Below, piece by piece: positions 17,073 to 23,299 of a stretch of DNA of 48,194 nt. Numbering within the stretch: the stretch's first letter is position 1; the number at the start of each line of letters is the position of its first letter. Under the pieces are notes generated by a model. That model was not told the origin of the DNA. It worked only from the letters and a program-made list of their open reading frames with translations, and made no database searches. Both the position numbers and the translations under genes were made by a program. Origin of the DNA: a virus; the IMG/VR virus record IMGVR_UViG_3300021067_000002, positions 1 to 48,194 of that record. One strand, written 5' to 3'.

Positions 17073-17149
17073 CACCAACTCACGAACGCATGGGGCCAAA
17101 GTTTATAGTCCGTAGGGCCGCAACAGACTTCGGTGCGTCCTGGAACAAG

Positions 17150-17266
17150 TTAGGGCCACCATTGCTGGCGGCCCGTACTTGGTATGAATGCCCATATGTC
17201 GCACCCCGAAAGCATAACATTAGTTACACCCTCAAGGCACGTTGCGACATAATAATTGGCCTTCAT
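17150..17266 (-). CDS. Micro-ORF (38 aa) behind a leaderless-type promoter
   Basis: Translated by hand as MKANYYVATCLEGVTNVMLSGCDIWAFIPSTGRQQWWP. The ATG lies 9 nt after TGCTATACT. Confidence 0.25.
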   Translation of the reverse strand: MKANYYVATCLEGVTNVMLSGCDIWAFIPSTGRQQWWP

Positions 17267-17275
17267 ACGCTTTTC

Positions 17276-17284
17276 AGTATAGCA
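17276..17284 (-). promoter_or_regulatory. Extended -10 TGCTATACT (minus strand)
   Basis: It lies about 65 bp from, and divergent to, the TATAAT at 17347. Confidence 0.35.
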
Positions 17285-17346
17285 CACCGCACAAAGTCAA
17301 TATCCACACCCTGTTCACCTCCCTCTTAGGCCAACGGGTGCGGGTG

Positions 17347-17352
17347 TATAAT
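17347..17352 (+). promoter_or_regulatory. -10 TATAAT in the context gggtgTATAATTatgtAGGAAGT
   Basis: The context resembles cagggTATAATTaggcAGGAAGT at 28084. Confidence 0.4.
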
Positions 17353-17364
17353 TATGTAGGAAGT

Positions 17365-17555
17365 GTGAAGGAGAGACGGGGGAGTGGACAAACGAGTGAG
17401 CCTAGGTAGTAACCCTCGCACGTCCCGTTCAGCCGAAGTCACGTAATAAGCTGAAGCCTCCCCGCCTCCCCTTCACCAGGTTCTCCTCCCCCGAGCGTCA
17501 TTATTAGTTAGCTTGCAGCCGGTGCGAACGTCCTTCTTGCAAGCGGGGCGTTCGC
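17365..17555 (+). promoter_or_regulatory. Structured 5' leader: a long-range purine/pyrimidine helix plus two interleaved 7-bp stems with H-type pseudoknot topology
   Basis: Positions 17365-17381 pair with 17460-17476. GCTTGCA (17511-17) pairs with TGCAAGC (17538-44). GCGAACG (17524-30) pairs with CGTTCGC (17549-55). Confidence 0.4.
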
Positions 17556-17570
17556 TCTGGCCGTTTATCT

Positions 17571-18092
17571 ATGGAGATATGGAAGCCCGTTGCGGGCTAT
17601 GAGGGTCTGTACGAGGTTAGTAACCTTGGTCGCGTTAAGAGCTTTCACGGGCAGTACGGCGTCAAAGAACGCATCCTAAAACCGAGAACCCACCAAGGGT
17701 ACTTCGCCGTCAACTTAGCAAAAGACGGCACTGTTACCTGCAAATGGGTTGCGCGGTTGGTCGCTATTGCATTTGTCCCGAACCCAAACAACCTGCCGGT
17801 GGTCAACCACATCAACGGTGTCAAAACAGATAACCGTCCCGAAAATCTTGAGTGGGTGACGGTTGGCGACAACACGCGCCACGCGTTTAGAACCGGTCTT
17901 TTGAAAGGCGGGTACGGTGCAAAAATTAGTGCCGACACTGCCAGCCACATCAAGGCCCGGCTTGTTAATGGTGACCGACCAAGCGTCATTGCCAGAGAAA
18001 TGTCCCTACCAGACACACTGGTCTACGCTATCAGTTGCGGTCAGTCGTGGAGGAAGCTCGAACCGAGCATCCACCCCAAATCCCCGTGTTAA
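17571..18092 (+). CDS. HNH homing endonuclease (NUMOD4-like N-terminus plus HNH_3-like core)
   Basis: Motifs are WKPVAGYEGLYEVSNLGRVKS and VNHINGVKTDNRPENLEWVT..NTRHA. Confidence 0.8.
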   Translation: MEIWKPVAGYEGLYEVSNLGRVKSFHGQYGVKERILKPRTHQGYFAVNLAKDGTVTCKWVARLVAIAFVPNPNNLPVVNHINGVKTDNRPENLEWVTVGDNTRHAFRTGLLKGGYGAKISADTASHIKARLVNGDRPSVIAREMSLPDTLVYAISCGQSWRKLEPSIHPKSPC

Positions 18093-18134
18093 AATTAGTA
18101 GCGGCCAAGTTCATCCAAACTTCAGGAGGCCGCT

Positions 18135-18545
18135 ATGCGTTCACTCCTTGTCATCCTGACTGTCGCCTTTACGGTCATGTTTTGGCGGCAGGGCGTTGGT
18201 GCAGAGAAAAGCCAATGGGCCAATGCGCCCCACAAAGACTGGTACGAAAAGCAGGCACCCACGCCCGACACTCTCAAACAGTACGAGATTGCGTGGAAGT
18301 CCTGCTGCGACCACGGCGACGTGTGCCAAGATTGCGTCGTCTATCGGGTGCAAGACAAGCCCCCGTGGAAGGACGGCTGGTACTACTTGAAAGACGGCGT
18401 GCCGCAGCAATTGCCGCCGCACATCGTCGAGTACGTCCCGTGGACGCCCACCGGTAAGCCTGTGCTCTTCGTCGCTCCCCACGCATCGGGGAAGATGAAA
18501 ATAGGCGACCCAGTGTGCCTCAAAAGTCCTGCGGGGGGTGTCTAA
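18135..18545 (+). CDS. Secreted Cys-containing hypothetical protein
   Basis: SD aggagg lies upstream. Signal-like N-terminus is MRSLLVILTVAFTVMFW, and there is a WKSCCDHGDVCQDC motif. Confidence 0.6.
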   Translation: MRSLLVILTVAFTVMFWRQGVGAEKSQWANAPHKDWYEKQAPTPDTLKQYEIAWKSCCDHGDVCQDCVVYRVQDKPPWKDGWYYLKDGVPQQLPPHIVEYVPWTPTGKPVLFVAPHASGKMKIGDPVCLKSPAGGV

Positions 18546-18676
18546 TGGACGAAGAACACATCGTCCACGAGGGCTCTTGGTACAAGATTGTTTACGTCCC
18601 TCACGACGTAGCACTCTTACCAGCCCACCTGACCGTCCTCATCACCTACTTCTTCCTCAAGATGGGAGGCTGGTGA
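18545..18676 (+). CDS. Micro-ORF (43 aa, C-terminal hydrophobic)
   Basis: Translated by hand. It has a TAATG overlap upstream and a TGATG overlap downstream. Confidence 0.35.
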   Translation: MDEEHIVHEGSWYKIVYVPHDVALLPAHLTVLITYFFLKMGGW

Positions 18677-19071
18677 TGGACTGGACGCCCGAGATGGTGG
18701 AGCGCCTAAGAACGCTCCACGTAGAAGGCAAGACCGCGACGCAGTGTGCTCTAGAGTTTCACTGCACGCGCAACGCCATCATCGGTGCTTGGCATCGCAA
18801 CGGACTTGTCCGTGGCCGCCGCACTGGCCGCCAAGCATCGCCCCGCCTACGCAAACCGAGAGGGCGACCCCGCTTAGTGTGGAGCCGCCCTGACCCTGTA
18901 GTGGTACCCGAGTTCATCCCTGACCCAGCCGCGCAACGCCCGCTCATCGAACTGACGAACGAGCAATGCCACTGGCCCACGGGAGACCTCTTCTGCGGCT
19001 CTCCCCGCTTCAAGGGGAGCTACTGCTCTCACCACCATAGTAGGAGCTTGGCATGCTCTACAAACACGTAA
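18676..19071 (+). CDS. GcrA-like cell-cycle regulator homologue
   Basis: Motifs are MDWTPEMVERLRTLHVEGKTATQCALEFHCTRNAIIGAWHRNGL and, at the C-terminus, CHWPTGD..FCG....YCSHH. Confidence 0.7.
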   Translation: MDWTPEMVERLRTLHVEGKTATQCALEFHCTRNAIIGAWHRNGLVRGRRTGRQASPRLRKPRGRPRLVWSRPDPVVVPEFIPDPAAQRPLIELTNEQCHWPTGDLFCGSPRFKGSYCSHHHSRSLACSTNT

Positions 19072-19235
19072 ACGGGAGCGTTGTGTGCCCCACGTGTCGG
19101 CAAATTCTGCGGATACTGGGGGACAAGGAGCGCTTCGTCGAAGGCTACAAGACGAGCAGTGGCAAAATTTTCTGCTCGGAATTTTGTGCCGAAGACGAAC
19201 CGCCCACGTACCTCACTCCAAGGGGGCTGCAATGA
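19053..19235 (+). CDS. Small zinc-ribbon-like protein (60 aa)
   Basis: Cysteine pattern is CPTC...CSEFC. It overlaps both neighbours. Confidence 0.4.
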   Translation: MLYKHVNGSVVCPTCRQILRILGDKERFVEGYKTSSGKIFCSEFCAEDEPPTYLTPRGLQ

Positions 19236-19405
19236 AGCGGTGCGATTACTGCAACGGAAGGTTCGGCCTCGTACGCCACACCAAGTTCCGTCGCGCCTTT
19301 TGCTCCAAGGGATGCCAGCGAAACTACGCTGCCCTCAAAGAGCAGAACGCCAAGCGGCGCAGAGAGTTCTACGAATGGCTCACCAAGCCCCCGAGAACTA
19401 CCTGA
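19232..19405 (+). CDS. Small zinc-ribbon protein (57 aa)
   Basis: Sequence begins MKRCDYCNGRFGLVRH..FCSKGCQ. It has an ATGA overlap with the upstream ORF. The ORF-track frame 19085..19405 is trimmed to this Met. Confidence 0.5.
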   Translation: MKRCDYCNGRFGLVRHTKFRRAFCSKGCQRNYAALKEQNAKRRREFYEWLTKPPRTT

Positions 19406-19425
19406 CTGGCCGCTTGCCCAACAAC

Positions 19426-19451
19426 TAGTCCCCACCTCACGGCGGGGACTA
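19426..19451 (+). terminator. Hairpin after the rightward early genes
   Basis: Sequence is tagtcccc-acctcacggc-ggggacta, with a weak U-tract. Confidence 0.4.
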
Positions 19452-19462
19452 ACCTTTCGATA

Positions 19463-19471
19463 TGGTACAAT
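19463..19471 (+). promoter_or_regulatory. Extended -10 TGGTACAAT, 6 nt before the ATG at 19478 (leaderless)
   Basis: Sequence is tatGGTACAATaacggtATG. Confidence 0.5.
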
Positions 19472-19477
19472 AACGGT

Positions 19478-19756
19478 ATGACACACGAACTAATGAAAGA
19501 GCTTCAGGACGCCGGGTTTCCTGGCAACATCCCGGATGATGAAGCTGTTAAAAGTGACTTTCGTGACCCCACCCTCACCAACCTTTTAGAGGCGTGTGGG
19601 GAGAGGTTCAGTAGTCTGAATAAACTTCAAAGTGAGTGGTGTGCTCTCGCACGTTGCAAGTTAAATCCAGAGGAAGACTTCGACGAGGCGCACGGCCAGA
19701 CACCCGAGGAAGCCGTTGCCCGCTTGTGGCTCGCACTCAACCAGCCAAAATCTTAG
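19478..19756 (+). CDS. Conserved phage hypothetical protein (92 aa)
   Basis: Clean ORF. The pattern PTLTNLLEACGERF...TPEEAVARLWLALN is recalled from many prophages. It overlaps the int 3' end convergently by 20 nt. Confidence 0.55.
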   Translation: MTHELMKELQDAGFPGNIPDDEAVKSDFRDPTLTNLLEACGERFSSLNKLQSEWCALARCKLNPEEDFDEAHGQTPEEAVARLWLALNQPKS

Positions 19757-20756
19757 TTAGGTGCTGCTCCCATTTGAGCAACGCCTCACGCTTCTCCTCC
19801 ACAGGGTCATGAGTGTCATACGTCTCATCGAGCGGATCACGGGCATGATTTAAAATACGCCGCGCAATCCACGGCGGCACCCGTAGCGCCGCTAATCCAG
19901 ATCGCACGGTGCGCCTGCAATCTCTCAGTTGCCAATCCCTGACCCCCGACGCCTCATCCAACGCAATCTTGTTTCGGCTCCAATCAAAGATGGGGTAGTC
20001 CTGAATGAATGGCCGCGCCAGCGGACAAATCGGGAGCGTGTTTGCCCGATGATTTTTGGAGAACTCCTCGGGGATGACAAATGTATCTTGTGCCACTACC
20101 GCATGAACAAGTTCGGTGCGGCGCTGGCCGGTACAGAGAAGCCCTCGCACATAGTCCGCAAACTTGCCTGGCACAGCCCACAGAGCGCGTATTTCATCAT
20201 CAGTGAGGGTACGGGTGCGGCGCTTGGTTTTCGCCTTCTCCAAACCCATCGTAGGGTCGCGCTCGATGTAGTGGCGCTTGACCGCCCACCGAAAGAACAC
20301 CCGTGCGGCGACTAACAGGTGGTCACGCTCGCTGGGAAACTTGACCTTGTTTAACTGCCGCGCAAACTCGTGAGGATTGACATCGAGGAGCTGGCCGAAC
20401 CGCAACCGCTTTAACAGCCGCTCATACTCGACCACCGTTCCGCGTTTGCGGGATTTCGCCTTTTCCTGAATGAACAGCTCCACCCCTTGCAGATAGGTGA
20501 TGCTCTGGGGGCGAACTTTGCCCAGCGTAAACTCTGCCAACAATCGCTTGGCCTCGGTGCGAGCTTGCGAAAGGCTGATAGTTGGAAACCGACCAATGGT
20601 GATGTAGCGCCGGTCATTGCCGTAGATGACCACAAAAGATTTGGTGCCTGCTTGGGAGACGCGCACCCCAAACCCCGGCACCACGTCATCCCGATAGGTT
20701 TTCTGCCCCTTATCAGGGGCGGGGAGTGACCGTACCGTTGTATCCTCCAGCCTCAT
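19737..20756 (-). CDS. int: Tyrosine integrase, P4-like with a DUF4102-type arm-binding N-terminus
   Basis: N-terminal motif is LPAPDKGQKTYRDDVVPGFGVRVSQAGTKSFVVIY. Catalytic region shows TGQRRTEL, RDCRRT, LNHA and ..TYDTH. Confidence 0.9.
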   Translation of the reverse strand: MRLEDTTVRSLPAPDKGQKTYRDDVVPGFGVRVSQAGTKSFVVIYGNDRRYITIGRFPTISLSQARTEAKRLLAEFTLGKVRPQSITYLQGVELFIQEKAKSRKRGTVVEYERLLKRLRFGQLLDVNPHEFARQLNKVKFPSERDHLLVAARVFFRWAVKRHYIERDPTMGLEKAKTKRRTRTLTDDEIRALWAVPGKFADYVRGLLCTGQRRTELVHAVVAQDTFVIPEEFSKNHRANTLPICPLARPFIQDYPIFDWSRNKIALDEASGVRDWQLRDCRRTVRSGLAALRVPPWIARRILNHARDPLDETYDTHDPVEEKREALLKWEQHLTKILAG

Positions 20757-20886
20757 CCTAGCCTCGCCAGACCCGTGTGCTGTGGTGTATCACGAAGAAC
20801 ACTATGTACACCCTTCCTGTTGATTTGTCAGGACTTTTATCTGGTGCAGTGCAGTATGTATCACGGCGTCCATGCTGGTTAACAGT

Positions 20887-20941
20887 CTCAAAATCTGGTG
20901 TCTTCACGGACGTGCCCGTTCGATCCGGGCCAGGGGCACCA
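20887..20941 (+). other. attP core candidate: the 3' two-thirds of a class II tRNA (anticodon loop CTCAAAA, so Leu-CAA-like; variable arm; T-arm; acceptor 3' strand; ACCA)
   Basis: The T-arm and acceptor read gcccg-TTCGATC-cgggc-caggggc-A-CCA at 20914..20941. A 5-bp variable stem lies at 20899..20912. No matching 5' acceptor strand is present upstream. Confidence 0.6.
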
Positions 20942-21007
20942 AGTTTTTCAAGGACTTATACGAACCACTCTTCAGCACCAAATTCCTTAGCCTCAAGGGA
21001 GCCTCAC

Positions 21008-21130
21008 ATGACCAAACGAGAACAACTGGCAATGATCCTCCTGCGGGAGTTCGTCAAACGACAACTTCTCCGCATGGGCATCAAAGCCACTGTTCGCAAA
21101 GCCTTGCGAAAGCGGCGCACCCTCCACTAG
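21008..21130 (+). CDS. Possible small basic protein (40 aa)
   Basis: Sequence is MTKREQLAMILLREFVKRQLLRMGIKATVRKALRKRRTLH, with a weak SD (gggag). Confidence 0.25.
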   Translation: MTKREQLAMILLREFVKRQLLRMGIKATVRKALRKRRTLH

Positions 21131-21187
21131 ACTTGTCCCGCGCGCCCTAGGGCACGCCATGGCCTGCTCGCAACCACGAGCAAAGTC

Positions 21188-21460
21188 ATGGAGACAGATA
21201 TTTACCTGACACTAGACGAGTGTGCTGCTCGTTTTCGGGTAAAGCGCATCACCATTAAGCGGTGGATTGCGAAACGGGGTTTTCCCCGAGGAAAGATACC
21301 GGGTGAGGTGAAAGAAGTTACCTCCTCATCCAAGTTTGGCGAGGAGTACAAACGCCACCACAATGGCCGAGTGCTCTACCCAAAAGTCGAAGTTGACGAT
21401 TGGGACGCCAAATTGCCTCGGGAGCCGATCCCGGTCATCCCTGATCAGGATGACGAATAG
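21188..21460 (+). CDS. xis: Excisionase/AlpA-like HTH protein
   Basis: The motif LTLDECAARFRVKRITIKRWIAKRGFP resembles the MerR-type excisionase HTH. It lies next to int and attP. Confidence 0.6.
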   Translation: METDIYLTLDECAARFRVKRITIKRWIAKRGFPRGKIPGEVKEVTSSSKFGEEYKRHHNGRVLYPKVEVDDWDAKLPREPIPVIPDQDDE

Positions 21461-21471
21461 ACCGAACGGAG

Positions 21472-21506
21472 ACCCCGGCAGGCCAACCCTGACCGGGGTT
21501 TCTGCT
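21472..21506 (+). terminator. Intrinsic terminator after xis
   Basis: Stem accccggcagg / cctg(a)ccggggt is followed by tttctgctgt. Confidence 0.55.
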
Positions 21507-21601
21507 GTGTAACGTATCGTGCTACTGGTTACACATGCGGCTTATACGCGAAAACGCGATAAAGCCTTGTGTATCAACACTTCCCGCCACAACTGGCCCG
21601 T

Positions 21602-21744
21602 CGCTATTGCGCCGAGCTTTCTGGACCGAATGGTCTATATGCGCTTGAGCCGCACAGCGCCTCAAAGCCGCAACGACCATCCACGCTCGTGTCGGGCAGA
21701 TTTGCCACTACACGCGCGGGGGTCCAGAAAGCTCGGCGCTAGCG
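21602..21744. repeat. Perfect 19-bp inverted repeat (24 bp with one 2-nt bulge) closing a 93-nt insert that itself folds into two hairpins
   Basis: GCGCCGAGCTTTCTGGACC (21609-27) pairs with GGTCCAGAAAGCTCGGCGC (21721-39). cgcta (21602-06) pairs with tagcg (21740-44). Inner stems are 21630-35/21675-80, 21643-49/21661-68, 21688-92/21710-14 and 21695-98/21703-06. Confidence 0.7.
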
Positions 21745-21762
21745 CACGAGGGCACAGTTGGG

Positions 21763-21783
21763 CGGGACAGTTCGTGGTACAAT
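21763..21783 (+). promoter_or_regulatory. CGGGACAGTT box plus extended -10 TGGTACAAT, 6 nt before the ATG at 21790 (leaderless)
   Basis: Sequence is cgggacagttcgTGGTACAATttccgcATG. Confidence 0.5.
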
Positions 21784-21789
21784 TTCCGC

Positions 21790-22188
21790 ATGGTCAAATG
21801 CTCACACTGTAAGCAGATGTTCGATTTGGCGGACACAATTTGTTACAAACGCGGCCCCACAAACTCCTACTATTACTGCCGTATCTGCGCGGCCAAACTA
21901 TCGAACAACCGCGCCCGTTATGCCCACCGTCATCGGCCTGAAATACTAAGGCGTTCGACTGCACGCGCCAAAGCCAAATTTCCTGAAAAAAACAAGGCGC
22001 GCGACATCCTCAACAAAGCAATTCGCCACAATAAACTTTCACGCCCGGCAGTCTGTGAGATTGGCTGCACCACCCGTCGCATACACGCGCACCACGACGA
22101 CTACACTAAGCCCCTCGAAGTCCGCTGGCTGTGTACACTTCACCATGCTGACCTCCACAAAGGGCGACCACTTAGGCCTATTGTGTGA
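21790..22188 (+). CDS. HNH endonuclease with an N-terminal zinc ribbon
   Basis: Cysteine pattern is CSHC...CRIC. Core motif is IHAHHDDYTKPLEVRWLCTLHHADLH. Confidence 0.7.
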   Translation: MVKCSHCKQMFDLADTICYKRGPTNSYYYCRICAAKLSNNRARYAHRHRPEILRRSTARAKAKFPEKNKARDILNKAIRHNKLSRPAVCEIGCTTRRIHAHHDDYTKPLEVRWLCTLHHADLHKGRPLRPIV

Positions 22189-22221
22189 TAAAAGTGTAGG
22201 GGACAACGGAGGGGACAGCAC

Positions 22222-22413
22222 ATGTATCCAATGATGATGGGCGCGTTCGTTGGTGCGAGTTTGCTGCTGACATTTTTGGCGGGCTGGTCGTGGTTTATGC
22301 TTTACCACGAGAAAAGAATGAAACTCGACAAGACTGACAACCTGCACCTCGCACTTTTCTACACCGCGATTGCTCTCGCAGGATGGGCTGCGACTGTTTA
22401 TTTCTTGATATAA
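22222..22413 (+). CDS. Small membrane protein (63 aa, 2 TM)
   Basis: SD ggagggg lies upstream. Hydrophobic segments are GAFVGASLLLTFLAGWSWFML and LALFYTAIALAGWAATVYFLI. Confidence 0.55.
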   Translation: MYPMMMGAFVGASLLLTFLAGWSWFMLYHEKRMKLDKTDNLHLALFYTAIALAGWAATVYFLI

Positions 22414-22418
22414 TTAGG
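22409..22418 (+). promoter_or_regulatory. -10 TATAAT in the TATAATTAGG context
   Basis: Sequence is cttgaTATAATTAGGttgg. The same decamer occurs at 28084..28093. Confidence 0.35.
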
Positions 22419-22505
22419 TTGGACTGCTCATTTTGCGGTTGGCAGTCCCCGCGCAATCTTCGATAGGCACGAAGCGCTACGCGGCACATGGCCGCCAACC
22501 GCCCA

Positions 22506-23299
22506 TGAACTCCTTACACGTCGGCACCAAAGGTTTGCACGAGTGGCTCTCTACAAAACGAGAACCAAACTCTTTGATAATTGCCGATGACCCACAACCC
22601 TTTCTTACAAAACGGGTGCGCGTTTTTGACCCTGCAAAACATCACTTTAATCCGCTGACAAACATCACCCCTGAAGGGGCTACCGAGCTTGCCGACATCG
22701 TTTACCTCGCAGACCCCGGTGGTGAGAACACGCTGACGGTGCGGAATGGCAAACGTGCCCTAGCCAAGTTGCTGGTTAACACCACAGCCCTCGACACACT
22801 CGACGGCAACAAAACAGACCCGTACCAAGCTGAAGCCATGGCCGCAGTTGACGCTTTGCTGTTTTACCCCCTGCTGAAGAAAGTCCTGTGCAGTGGCAAA
22901 CCGTTTAACTTCAGCGGTACAGTCGTGGCAAAGATTGACCGCGCCAAACTAGGGGACAAGCAGTCGCTCGCCCTCGCCCTCATGCTGATTTCACAGTTTA
23001 AAGGACACGTTGTTGTCCTTGATGGGGGCTTTTATTTACGTCCTTTACATGTGTCCTTGATACGGCAAAATAGGCTGACCTGTGGTGTGCAGTACCTAGC
23101 AGAGCTCGAAAAAGACATGCGCCAAGCCGTGCTCCTCATCAAAGACAAAACCGGCGACGGGTGCACCTACGAGGACGCGGTAGTGTTAGCGAACTACGCG
23201 GGCTTGCGTCCTGACCCACTACGAGACGACAGCGACTACAACAAGTTTGTGCGAGAGCGAATGGGAGCGGGGGATGCAACTCAATCAGTGGCCGTTTAA
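22506..23299 (+). CDS. Soluble T4CP/TraD-like paralogue lacking Walker A (probably a degenerate ATPase)
   Basis: Motifs are VRVFDPAKHHFNPL and GHVVVLDGGFYL (a Walker-B-like strand with DG instead of DE). No GxxxxGK[ST] motif is present. The start is ambiguous: ATG at 22506 or TTG at 22433. Confidence 0.45.

Noticed and set aside
16898-17266. Possible stop-codon recoding: one minus-strand frame from the ATG at 17266 contains four TGA codons and only two TAA codons
   Set aside because: Six stops in ~123 codons is what a random non-coding frame is expected to contain. All other genes in the window are intact under the standard code. The translated segments show no protein-like features.
17015-17329. 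104-aa + strand ORF from the track
   Set aside because: It has no SD or promoter context. It spans a terminator-like hairpin and the divergent promoter region, and its composition looks non-coding.
16723-18092. Group I intron carrying the HNH gene at 17571
   Set aside because: No split host gene is present, since the flanking ORFs are unrelated and complete. I could not recognise P3-P7-type core pairings.
20840-20941. A complete tRNA gene
   Set aside because: Only the part from the anticodon loop to CCA is tRNA-like. The 5' acceptor strand (gcccctg) and the D-arm are absent upstream. It is therefore interpreted as an attP fragment, not a functional tRNA.
20777-21150. Track ORFs 20777..21130 and 20872..21150 across the attP region
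   Set aside because: They run through the tRNA-like core and the repeat boxes. Only the short 21008..21130 segment has any start context, and it is kept at low confidence.
21602-21744. MITE or small transposon interpretation of the 19-bp inverted repeat
   Set aside because: There is no direct target-site duplication. The flanks instead continue the helix (cgcta/tagcg), and the interior folds into hairpins. This favours a structured RNA or cruciform element. A single copy in the window cannot exclude mobility.
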